A stretch of DNA of 64,000 bases from assembly GCF_009914755.1 (NCBI RefSeq), contig NC_060937.1; one strand, written 5' to 3'. The notes under the pieces were generated by a model. The model made no database searches. It was not told the origin of the DNA and saw only the letters and a program-made list of their open reading frames with translations. Positions 41,001-53,691 of the stretch are shown one piece after another. Each line of letters starts with the position of its first letter. The first letter of the stretch is position 1. The stretch is from the human T2T-CHM13v2.0 reference genome, Homo sapiens. The position numbers were made by a program, and so were the translations under genes.

Positions 41001-41209
41001 TTGAGTAGCATCAAATATAATTGCACATTCCACTTAATCTACTGCAGAAGCCAAGCTCAGTTCTAGGACCTTTGATCTATTTGAGTTCTATGCTTGGTCC
41101 CTGGGAAGAAACCCTCATAGACAGATAAGAAGAGAAACTATCTTAGCGCTTTCCCACTTTCATTAACATCTTTTGTCCTCTCTTCCTTTCAAATTCTTGC
41201 ATAATGTAG

Positions 41210-41210
<1 letters not shown>

Positions 41211-41241
<31 letters not shown>
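41211..41241. repeat. (CA)n microsatellite
   Basis: 15 perfect CA units. Confidence 0.95.
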
Positions 41242-41242
<1 letters not shown>

Positions 41243-41659
41243 ATCTTCATGCTATAGCATATCACAAAGCAATTTAACAGTTACTCAAAAAAAAAGTTAT
41301 AGTTCCTTTGTAAGAAATCTAAAGATTTTTTCTACCCATAGTCCTTACTTATGTGATGACTATTAACATTTTATATGCATGTATTCAGATCGATTTTGGT
41401 ATTCAATATCCAGTAAGACATATAAATGATAAGCGATTGTCACTTTTATAATATTTTGATGAAAACAAATGCTTGTAATTCACATATTCTTCCTGTATTT
41501 TTTTCTTCAGCTGCAACTGAGCTTTTTAAAATTTCTATGATTTCCCTGTGATTGAGATATACTTAATACTCCATTTTAATATTCTGCACATTTCTAATTC
41601 TTCCACTTTTTAATCCATGGTTATACATAAAAATCTAGAGGAAATTTTATTGGCAAATT

Positions 41660-41835
41660 ATTATCTATGTGCTCTTGTTCAAGTTACTTAACCTCTCCAT
41701 TATTCAATTTCTTTATCTGTATATCAGGGATAATGATAATATTTATCTTGCAGAGTTGTGTGGGAATTAAATGAATCAATTATGGAAAACACTTATAAAT
41801 TTTCCTGATGTGTTAAGTGTTAGCAGCTATTATAA
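41660..41835 (+). mobile_element. MIR
   Basis: caagttacttaacctctc...tttctttatctgtatatcagggataatgataata...agagttgtgtgggaattaaatga. Confidence 0.75.
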
Positions 41836-42966
41836 TTTTTAAGACTCTAATACATGCCTACATTATAATAGGTGTTAGGAATGTTAAGAATAATGAAATT
41901 TGCTTCATCTCCTCACTTTTACTACTTCCTTCCGAGGCCCAGAGTAAACGTACATCTGGCTCTGTGAAGTTGTTGCACACATCAGAGAAGCTGCTTGCAT
42001 TGTTCCTTAAACATTCATATAGCACTTTTTGCCTTATCACATAAATTTTTTTTTGGTATATCATAAAATCTTTCACCTTATTTAGCCTTAACTGACTTAG
42101 TTAATATCGCAATCTAACATTCCTGACTCTGGGATGGAAATTCCAAAAATGTGGTTGACATTCTAGCTTTACCAAACTACTAACTTGCCAAACCTCACTT
42201 TTCTTTCATGTTAAATGAAGTAAGTAATAGCATTTTTCTCAGAGGGTGTTTGAAATAAATTATTTACATCATGCCTATACAGGACCAAGCACACAGTAAA
42301 CACACATATATGCTAACTATATCATTATAATCCTCAATTCTGTCATGTTTTCACTATGATTTCAAATCTCTGTTATCCCATAGGTGGTGCTCAAAAAGAA
42401 TTTAATTAATAAGTATACAATCTAGTGGAATAGACATGCATAAAGAGATGCCAAATATTGTATAATACATGCTGTAATTTAAATTTTAGAAATACTACTA
42501 AGAACATACATGAGACAAAGAAAATTTCTTTTCTAGAGAAGAAAAGGTTTAGAGAAGTTTCCTGGAGTAAATCAGATTTTTTTAAGGATTGTAATAATAA
42601 CTTGCCTTGTCATTCTATGGAAGAGAATAGACATAAAGTCTCTTTTAGTCAGAGGAAGCAGAGAGAAAGCACAGAGTTAACAGGGTGTGTGAGATTGAGG
42701 ATACTCAGGTTCTCTAGAGAGACTTGAGTATAAGTTTTGATGGGGGAGACATGGTGGGAGATAATATTAAAATTACAATGGGTTCCTACATGATTGAGGG
42801 ACTTGTAGATAAAGACTTCAATTTCTATGCAAGAAAATGTCATCAAAGGATTCATAATTATTTGCATGATCAAATTTTATCTTGCTTTAATGCCATTTTT
42901 CATGATGTCATATTGATTTTTACTATAGTAAACCCTTCAACTTTTGATGTTTGCTGGTGTTGTACA

Positions 42967-43174
42967 CAGGGTTTCTCAACTAATACTATTTTGCTCCAGA
43001 TAATTATTTATTGTGGGGAACCATCTTATCCACTTTTTCTGATATTTAGCAGCATATCTGGCCTCTACCTAGAAATGCCAGTAGCACTTCTCATCATAAT
43101 TGTGACAACCAAAAATGTCTCCAGATTTTGCTAAATGTCCCTTGAGGAACAAAATCGCTAATTCAGAACCCCTG
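42967..43174 (-). mobile_element. MER20 hAT MITE
   Basis: Terminal inverted repeats caggg.ttct / agaacccctg; internal tttagcagcatatctggcctctacc...gtgacaaccaaaaatgtctccaga. Confidence 0.85.
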
Positions 43175-44220
43175 TGCTTGAGAAACACAATGACGATGCG
43201 ACTACTCATGAAAATTCAAGCGCTATAATGTAAATACTGTTTTGATCACTGGAAACATTTTAAAAAATATACCTTCATACAACTCTGTTCATCTCTTCTT
43301 CCTATTTCTCCTACTAAAACCTAGATTTACATGTTAAATGTACCTGAGGGGAAAACAGTGACAAGTGCAAGTAGAACTACCTGCTTAGAAGAGTCAATCC
43401 TATTATGTGGGATTTTGCTGTCATGCTAAGCAACGTGACAAATCTGTACAGTAAAAAGAATATGGAATTAGCAGTTTAAGGACTTTAAGGCTGAATTACT
43501 ACATTAAGAAAGAATAAGAATTTTTAATTTCCTTGGAACAACATAGCAGAGCACAGAGTGGATGGCAGAAGGACATGGACTAAGGATCATAAAAGAGATA
43601 AGGATGGAACGTAGTGTGGAGAGAAGCAGCAGTGACAATTCTCTGGTAGTACTGTATTTAAGAAATATCTTAACAACAGAACATTTTATACTTTGTCTTA
43701 TTATGAGCTTAATTACTCTGCTCCCAACCTACCCAGTTATATTTTTATGTGTCTGCTATTTGGTGAAGAAACTTAGCTGTATGACTAGGTTTATAGTGAG
43801 ACAACTAAAATTTACTTTCAAACTAAAGTTTAAAACTAAGTGTTAGGTGTATCTATATGGTTTGTAACTAGCAATGTACATAGAATGGCTAGAAGACTGA
43901 AAGCTGGAAGATTTCATGGCAGATCCAGGGCAGAGATGGCCACAAGAGATGCAGTCTCTTAGAGAATGTTTGACCTACCTGAATGTAACGATGGGGCTTC
44001 AGTCAGTCTTACCTAAAGTGGATTTTTTTTTTCTGCAAGACTTCAGGTAACATGTGAATCATACAAGTCAAAGTAGATTGCACAGTGGCTTAGCCTCCTG
44101 TTCTTTGTCATAAAACAAAATGAATTGCAAGTAAAGAAATAAATGATCAATGTTTGTTTTTAGCTAGCTACCTGGGAAACTTGTACATGCAACCTTTCTC
44201 TTGAACATCTCAAAGATATA

Positions 44221-44343
44221 TTTTTTTCTCCTTTCCCTCCGTCTTTCCTTTTTGCCTCCCTTCCTCCCTCCCTCCTTCTCTCCCTCCCCCTCCCTCCTTC
44301 TTTCCTTCTTTCCTTTTCCTTCTTCCTTCCTTCCTTTTCTTCT
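44221..44343. repeat. Polypyrimidine low-complexity tract (CCTT/CCCT)n
   Basis: ~120 nt that are almost entirely C/T. Confidence 0.9.
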
Positions 44344-47300
44344 GTACATAATCACTCAGAAGGCTATGTAGTAAATTATATCTTAAGAACAAAGTACTTT
44401 TTAAAAGATAATTTTTAATAATAAAGTATGTTTGATTTCAGAATATAGATAATATCAGGCCCTTTAATAAATTTAAATGCAAATTTAAGGATTTTTAAAA
44501 ATCAACTTGAATGCAGATAATTTATCAAATGATCATTGGATGGTAAAAATAGAGCAAACCAACCATCAGTTGTATTAAATACAATAGGACATTTACTTTA
44601 ACTTTATAAGGTTTAAGATTTTTAAAGAATTCAAGAGTAAAGAGCAAGATGGAATGAGGTTTTTAGACCGCTAGCATTTATCTGTCCATCTCATTCCCCA
44701 GACCAGGAAAGGCAAATAACCCTTAGTCAGAGTTCATAGAGTTTTCTTGCTCAATTTGCCTCATTTTTCTATGGGTATTGTTGTAGAATTTTTGGAAAAC
44801 AATGAACTAGCTCTCTGTTCATAGCCCAGCACTTTGAATAAATGAGGTTCTTAAGAAGCATATATGATTTTTGTTCAATATTTATGTTTTCTGACCTGTA
44901 TCACCCTGAATCTCTATACATACATGATATGGAAATTTATTTTTAAAATTTAGTTATTTCACTCATTTGAAGTTTTATTGCTCTTTTCAGCACTCTTTAT
45001 GTTTTTAGTTTGAGTTTTTATTTACCATTAATTCTCTGTTCTCAAATCATTTGTATGATAGTCTCCTGCTGCCCCAGGAGACAGTATATTATAAAGTTAG
45101 ATCGTGAGATGTCTGGGTCTTTGTCAATGATGGTTGGAGGAGAGCTTCTCATATTTTTTAAAAGAGAAAACTGATATCACACTGCACATCAGTAACTTTT
45201 TTTTCCTTCTAAAAATTGGCAAACAGCCAGTGAAACACTCAGTGTAGTTTTCTATTGATTGCCCTGTGGCTGGCAGAACAATCCATTTCTGTATCTGAAG
45301 CCGTATCATTCTATTGTGAAGAAGTATAAATCTCCTATAGACTAATAAATATAAAGATGTGATTTTAAAAATCAGAACTGAAGTGACGGGGTTGTGGTTT
45401 TAATATCTGAGGCAAGAAGAAAGAATTTAGTGCAAGTTAGGATTGATGTGGGTAACATGATTTCAATCCTTTATTAAATGAGATACTTGTTAACAGCATA
45501 CCATTATAGCTATTTGATTAACATTTTCTATTTTGGGTCATATTTTAAGTACTATCAGCCATTTGTTGTGGGTGAGCATATCAGACATGATTCTTCTAAT
45601 TATTTGAATTTTCCTCAAGCCTCTTTGCTTTTGAATATGCCTTCTCCATGGTCTGGGTTGTCCTTTCCAAAGATTTAACGTTAAAAAAAAAACTTACTCA
45701 TTCTTCAAGATGCACTTCTAATTATACTATTGAGAGTAAATTATAAGGTGGAAAAGTGACAAAATTGTATTAGTGTGCTCAAGAACAAACAGTAATAATT
45801 AGGCTAGTCAAAATTTGAGAAAAAGACACATAATAAAGTAGATGTGTTTTATATTAAGTTGTGAACAATCAGACAAAATGTAACAGTTGATTCTTTGGAT
45901 AAGTTTAACACAGAAGCATAATTCTTTGTGTGTGTGTACACTTGAGAGAAAAGTCAATTATCATTAAGTTTATCTCCAAAGAAAGACCATGCAGGTAAGA
46001 ATCAGGATATTTTAAGACACTGAAACCATTTTTCACAAAATAGCAGCCCAATAACGAAGATGGGAATGTTCAGGTGTAACACATGCACAGAATTCTAAAG
46101 TAGAGAGAAGCTGGGTGATGGAATTTGAATCTCCAATACCATTTCAGAGGAAAAATGGGTGGATAGCTGGTTGGAATAAAAGAGCAAACAAAAAAGAAAG
46201 TTTTTAAAAAATATATACTTTTGTAAGTTTACAAAAACAGTTTTTGAGACATTTGGAGCCCACAGACTTGCTCCTTCACTGGCATCGGCCATTATGATTA
46301 AGAGGCCACATGTCTACATGTCCATCGGCCACATTTGTTATCCTAATTTGTCAGCTCTGCTGCATGGAAGGAATGTGGAAAGGGAAAAGTTGGGAGACTC
46401 ACTCTCCTACTGTCCTGGGTAAACTTGCTTGTTATTGGAGCCACAAGTCTGGAGGATCACGCTGGCTTAGAGACAGAAATAGAATGGGGAGACGAGTCAC
46501 ATGCTACTTTTCCGTTCCCTTCAAAATGTGCTCTTTATTCTCAGACAGTGCCTATGAAGTCAGAGTAATTCTCTGTTTGATTAATCAGTGAAAAAAAAAT
46601 TCTCTGATTGCTTACAAATACGAGATTAAACAATAAAAAATGCATAACTTTGTAAAAGTGAGAAGACCTACATTAAGCAATAATTAGAGAAAAAATTTTC
46701 TTATATAAGAACTAATTTATTATAATTAAATGATGACTTATTTTCTCTTAGTAGCAAACAAAATGTTCTTCTCATATAAAGAAAATAAGAGCCTCTGGGA
46801 TCTTCATTTCTGTAACTTTTAACACATAATGAGCTTGGTTAATGGGCATGATGACACATCAGCAGGTCCATAGATTTTGGTTAGTGTAAATTCAGAAATA
46901 TTTTTCTCTCTATTGTGGAAGTAAATAAAAAGCATTACACTATGCTGCTTTATAAGACTGCAGAGAGAGAGAGCTTCATTGAATTTATTCTTGAAAAGGA
47001 ATTAGAGACATTCTAACCCACTTCCTTATTTTACAGGTAAGAAAATTGAAGCTCAGAGAAGTTATAATTATTGTATTCAGAAGAAAACAACAACAGTAGT
47101 GTGCTGGAATGTTTATACCTTGGGCTTATGCTTTGCTGGTTCTCTTTCTAAAGAAAAACAGTCTATTCAGTCCTTATTCTCTTCCAATTTCTTCCTCAAA
47201 GTTGCAGTTCTTTTCCTAAAGGGAATTAGAACTGATATGCATATGTTTTTAGAAGTGCTTTACAATAAGGAATCTTAGTGACTTTAAGGTGTTTCAGTGA

Positions 47301-48460
47301 GTTCTGAAAAACATTTAAGATGATAAAACGTTATGTATATGGTTAAAATTTTTTATGTTGTTACTTTCAATTATATTAGATTATATATTAAAAGGGATAT
47401 GCTGCATTGACACATCACAAGTATTCAAATAATAATGTCAATATATAGTTATAATGGTCAAAACCAAGCATAAAAATCATTTCAAGGTAGATGGAGGAGT
47501 AATTTGTAGATGCAAGGCTGTGTGAGTGGAGACTAGCATGATGGTGGTGAGTAGTGATTATAGCTCATATTCCACCACCGTCTCCATTGCAACATTCTCT
47601 CAGCATTCTAAATGTTTCTCTACTCTGTCTAGACATAGTTAAAGAGGAGTTTAAATTTCTCCAAGGTCACCCTTAGACTTCTGCACAAGTTCAATTGAAA
47701 CAATTTTGTGCATGCTGATTAAATTTTGGATTCTTCATTTATTATTTTAATTTGACAACATTAAATTTTATACCTCTTGTTATATGATTGGCAAAACAAA
47801 TTCAATCTCCTATCTTTTTGTGTGTGTTGTTTGTTATTTTGTTCTTTTCCTTCATGTCTAGTTTTACATTATTATAGTAGTTTCATTATAATGGTTTACA
47901 ATACCTTATTTTATCTCAGTAAATAGATAAAAGAAAATTACAAATGATGAAAACTCTTTTTATAAACCTGTGCATTATTCAATAAATACCAATGATGTCT
48001 GAGTTTTCATACCTCCCACTCTAAATTATAAAACGTTAATATTTTTGTTTAGTTTTTTACCTAAATGCCAATGCCTTACATGCAACATAGAAATCATAAG
48101 GAGAAAAACTATATATTATTCAGTATACTTGTAATTGAATAATTTAATATATTAGAATATTTTTTCAAAATGAATATGTTTGAAACACATTTTTCAATTC
48201 ATATTTTATACTGAAGTTTAGATGAGACAATAGAAATTTAGTTTATAATCTATCTGTAAATTATATTTCAGAATCTCCAATCAGTACATAGACAAGGATA
48301 TTCAAAATGATAATTAGAATTACTTTATTCTAATATCAAGAAATAATATGCATAATGACATTAAAATACAGGATTAAAACAGTATTTCAAAGACTAGTCA
48401 AAAATATTTCTAGGCTGCAAAGAAAATTAGAACTACCATGTAGTTTATCTGGGCTGAAAA

Positions 48461-48695
48461 TGTGTGTGTGTGTGTGTGTGTGTGAGTGTGTTTTCTATTT
48501 AGTTATTTTATTTTATTTTATAGATTTAGGGGATACAAGTGCAGATTTATAACATGAATATATTGTGTAGTATTGGGGTCTGGGCTTCTGTTGTATCCAT
48601 CACCTGAAGAATGAACATTGTACCTAGTAGGTAATTTTGCACCCTTCACCTCCTCCTACCCTCCCATTTTTTGTTGTCTCCAGAGTCTATTATTT
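48461..48695 (-). mobile_element. (TG)n followed by a short L1 3' end (old L1PA/L1PB4-like)
   Basis: TG run 48461-48490; then tttatagatttagggggatacaagtgcagattt...gggcttctgttgtatccatcacctga, the antisense L1 terminus. Confidence 0.8.
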
Positions 48696-49836
48696 TAATT
48701 TTTAAGGGCTGATAATTTAAACTGAAAGAAATTTATTTTTTGGCGTTTGCATCTCAAAATAAACTATTGATTATAATACAAACATTACTCAATTAAACAA
48801 TTAATGTAGTGAACTACAAAACAAATACACTATTCAGGATTGTTCTCATCTAATTGCTTTTAACTTCTTCTTTAAATAAAATTACATGTGATCATGGACT
48901 GTGCAAGCTCTGCTTTCATAATAGGAATAATATTCTGAATTGGAATCTCCCTTTAATTGCAAATTACTATCAGTTCTAGATAACTTTTAAACAGAAGATT
49001 TTCCCACTTATTTTTTTCAAAATGATCCCATGCTGAAAATAATGTTATTATTCCTTTAGGCCATTTTTATTATTAGATATAAAACAAACATTGCCTTGTA
49101 AATAGTTTAAACTATTTAAAGTTTTCATGGTGTAGAATGAAGTATTGAGTTGTCATTTTAAATAACTGCATTCCACCTCTATTCCTATTAATTGTTAATT
49201 ATGTCATTCTAGATAAATTTTTCACCTCTCACTAGCATTGTTTTCTCGTAAATAGAGGGAATTCAATATCCTTTCTGTTCCTTGGATTAAGTTTGAAATT
49301 ATGTAATCCCAACAAGTTTTCTAATAGTCAAGCAAAAATTTGCATTGATGACATGTAACATATTTACCATTTTAGGTTTTAACAACTTTTTTTGCATAGG
49401 ATTTTATTTGACATGTTTCAATTGTGATTTGCCTAAAGGCTGATATAAAAATGATTAATAATCTCATCACAGTATTTTAAAATTAATGTTATTTTATGGT
49501 TCTAAAAGGCAATAGATAATCACTTTAAATATTTTAAAATTGAAAAAAAATAAAAATTAAAGTTATTTCTAATCAAATGGTCCAAAATATTCATTGATAA
49601 TGTGTTAGTATTTTTTCTTTCATTCTTCTACAACACATTCCTTCAATAAGTAATCTTTAAATACTCCATCGATCTTTTTGTCCTTTTATTTATTTCTTTA
49701 AAGTCCCATTTCTTTTCTTATTTGTATGTTTGCACATGTGTATACTCTTCAAATATTAAGGACATTGTAGCTATATTTCATATTTGTAAAACCTTTTCCT
49801 AGTTTTTTTTACTTCATTTTTATAACATGTTGGTGT

Positions 49837-50269
49837 TGTTTAAAAAAAACACTTAGAATCACAAATTTACCAGAGTTTATTTAAGGAAAGAATAGTTCAT
49901 GAATTGAGTAGCAATGAGAACCAGGAGAAGTTCAGAGCGTTCTACCCAGTAACATGGGAAGGTGATATTTATAGACAGATAAACAAAATGACATACAGAA
50001 TCAAGTTGATTGCCTATAGTTCAGCATTTGCCTTATTTGAGAATGATGTAATGAGGCATTTATCTTATAGGGACATGGTCTGAACAGTTGACAGCCTGGG
50101 ATTGGCTGAAACTCAGCTGCTGTGGTTGGCTGAGACTCAGCTATTTATTGTGAGAATATAGTCTCAAATTAGGCTGCAGTTTGTTTATATACCGAGTTAG
50201 GTCGTGGTTCATTATGCAGGAATTCAAAGTACAGAGGCAGCTTTAGCCCAAATTGTATTTAATTTAACA
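49837..50269 (-). mobile_element. MER57 3' LTR
   Basis: Minus strand starts tgttaaattaaatacaatttgggctaaagctgcctc (MER57 5' end); purine-rich PPT-like tract at ~50270-50285. Confidence 0.9.
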
Positions 50270-50398
50270 ATGCCTTTCTTTTGATCAACCTCTCAATTTT
50301 CAGAATTTGACCAAAACCTTAATGTCACCCTGTCACCATTATAATGATTTTTTTTATTTTTGTGTGGAATTCACAATGTCAAGTTATCAGATGATTCT

Positions 50399-50899
50399 TT
50401 ATGTTCCTTTGTCTTTTTGATATTCTAACTGTAATGAGACCATTTGACATATAAGGAATGACTGCATATAAGTGTTGAAGACTCTTGAGAGGAAAAGGCA
50501 CACCAGAGAAATTATCATGATGGTTGTCAGGAGGATATTACTAAAACACTGAAGTATGCTCCTTAAGAGAACATAACCTTCCCCATGAATTGAACCAATC
50601 AAAAACAAATCTATCAAAAAAGAGCCAAGAAAGGAACCTTTGTTTTAACCAAGGAGCTTGTTGAGTTCTTAAAACTAAGTTTCTATCATCCCATATATGT
50701 TTATCCAAGTTCAGCAAGAGGTGTTAGTTATCACACCCCCTGCTAACACTTCCCCCTGGTCATCCAGCAGACAGTCCGAGGAAATCGTGCTATCCAAAAC
50801 AACTTTGGCAAGATAATTTAAAGAAGTTTTCTGGGCAATTATTGCATTTGGAGTAGAGTCAGCTACAGTAGCTAATATTTTAGACAGATTTCTAACCAT
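50399..50899 (-). pseudogene. Retroviral env TM subunit relic (heptad repeat, immunosuppressive domain, membrane anchor)
   Basis: ORF 50711-50899 reads SLNYLAKVVLDSTISSDCLLDDQGEV...NTSC, matching LAKVVLDNRIALDYLLAEQGGVC..NTSCC; ORF 50399-50617 has LLRSILQ followed by a hydrophobic anchor. Confidence 0.85.
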
Positions 50900-51849
50900 A
50901 ATTTTAATTACATTTATGCCAAGCTAGGAAAGAAACATTTTACCAAAAGATATTCATTTAGAGATATTTATGTTTTCTGGCAAACTCCTCTTTATTCCAT
51001 AGTGTAAATTAAGAGGTATGAACAAATGTTTATTTTGCAGTTGGTTATGGAGTTGACAATGATATTGTTAGAATCCCTAATCCACATTGGCCCCCTCTTT
51101 CCCACTTAAGACATGGAATTCCCCACATGCATGGTTGATCATTAAATCCCCTACAGATAAAAATCTATCCTGAAGGAGGCACAACAGATAGTTCTCTGTG
51201 AGATGCCTTATGCATTAGGGGTCATTAGCAGGAAAGCACTAGTAATTCTGTTTAATGCTTCATTATTGAAATCATTGAATGGTTGGAGACTACTGACAAC
51301 TAAGAGACTAGGGTTATAAATTTGTATACTAATGGTTGAGTATCTTTCTATAGGTTTTCTTATTCATTTTTGGCATAATTTAACTGTAAAACCATCCCTA
51401 CAATTTTGCCTATTGTTAAATTTAAACACGGAATCTTAATACATGAATTTAAAAACCTAACCTTATAGAAAGGACTAGCTATTGCACTTGGAATATCAGT
51501 GAAATGTGTTACAGGGATAACCAGGGAATCTCTAGGATCATGCAAATATTTAAGTATAACATGACATATTCACCATTCAGTGAGGTTCCCTGCAGAAGCT
51601 ATTGATCATGAAATTTAAGTTATTGCATTATTTTGTCATGTATAAACAGAAAAGAAACACAGGAAAAAGAAGAAAGAGCGAAAAGGAGAAAGAGGAAAAA
51701 GGTTGCATGGTAACAGAAGAAAGAAATCTTGATCTGTGATCTTGGGAGGGCTGTTCATTTGTAGGATATAATCTGCTTCTGAGGAGAAACTTCCCAGATT
51801 AGGTTTACCTTGAGGTGTTCAATGGGTATACAGTCTCAAGACTATGGAG

Positions 51850-53000
51850 GGGCCCTTTTGAGTTAAAAGATGTGGACATAGGTTTGGGGTCCTGAAGTTT
51901 TACTGCAGAGATGAATTTGGTATGGACTTTTTAAATGTGGCTCAAGGGTAGTCTTTCTCTGGCGTCATTTTCAAAAGATACAGTCTCTGGATTTGAATAG
52001 TGAAAGGTCTGGTTGTCCTCAGTTAGTGGGTCATGCAGGGCTTCTTTTATGAAAATATTCTTTGGCATATGCACTAAAGCCTTGCAATATCGAGTCATGT
52101 CAGAGTTTATAAGAGCAGAAGATACACGGGGTTCTATTATTAGAATCATAACCTTCCAGTAACTGTTTCATATGGAATCAATCTGTGTTTCCCACTGGGG
52201 ATAGATCTCATTGCCATCAAAGCCAACAGTAATACTTGTGGCTGATGCAATCTATTCAGCTAGCTTGCCTAATGCCATTGTGTTTGTAATGCTTTATTTA
52301 ACTGTTTTACAAATTATCCATTGAAATAAATACTTCTATCACTGAAGATTTCTCCAGACATGCCCTATAAGGGAAATACATTTTCTTATAACCTTTTAGT
52401 TCCTATGATAGCAACAGCCTTCTTGCATGGAAAGTCTTCTATACAATCAGAAAACATGCAATGAAAGTGGAAATAAAACGAAATCCTACTGTAAATATTC
52501 AAATGATCCAACAGGTACTGGAAATGTATCACCTGAGATTTTTATTTTCTTACCAGAATTATAGGTTTGAGCCATGAAACATTGGTTATAAACCAGGTGA
52601 GCAATTACAGTCACTCTACCAATTTTTAAAAATAATTTTTATCATTTTAACTATTTCATTATAAGTCACAAAGTGCAGAGATTTTAATAATAGAAGCTTT
52701 ACGGACTCTGAAAGAACTAGATTCTCCATGAGTCCATGCTTAACATTTTTTGTATATCCTTTTAAATACCAGTTTTGTTTCTCCCATTCAAGTGCATAGT
52801 CATGTTTATTAAATAAGTTAACATAAATAATTTGACCTGGATCAATCTCATGAGGTTCATTCAAATTGTGTATCTTGACAGTTTCAGTACTTTCTGATTT
52901 AGCATGAAAACCTGCCAAAGCATTTCCTTGGCATTCAGTTAATTTTTGTTTTTCTTGATGTTAGGTTAGCAGTTTTAAAGAATCAATCAGTTTTTCCATT
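51850..53000 (-). pseudogene. Retroviral pol RNase H/integrase relic
   Basis: Minus strand near 52380-52535 reads PVGSFEYLQ*DF and CMFSDCIEDFPCKKA, the integrase GPFEHLQxDF / CxFSGWxEAFP motifs. Confidence 0.75.
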
Positions 53001-53350
53001 AGAGTTCTGGAAATTGTTTCCCAGTTCAATGCATTATTGAATTTCCAGGGATTTCTTACAATTTCCGAGATGCATATTAATAACACATCCATACAAACAT
53101 AACTCAGAAAAGGTTGAGCATAACTGATTATTTGACCATGCTTCCCATATAATTTAATAGATCAAATAAGCTCTATTAGTTTAATATCGCTTTTTATTTA
53201 AAAAAATCCTTTTAGTATGCTCCAAGGACCCATCTGGAGTATTTCAAAGTTAATTTAAGGCCAAGAAAAATATTTAATTTAGAATTTGATTGTGGAAAGT
53301 TTGTCAAAAATATCAAGGGCTTAAGACACTTCATCAAAATGGGATTACAG

Positions 53351-53691
<341 letters not shown>

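Noticed and set aside
42724-43134. Longest ORF in the window (136 aa)
   Set aside because: It starts at a non-ATG codon, runs through L2-like and MER20 sequence, and has no recognisable domain
44164-44392. Highly charged K/E/R/G-rich ORFs
   Set aside because: Artefact of the polypurine/polypyrimidine low-complexity tract
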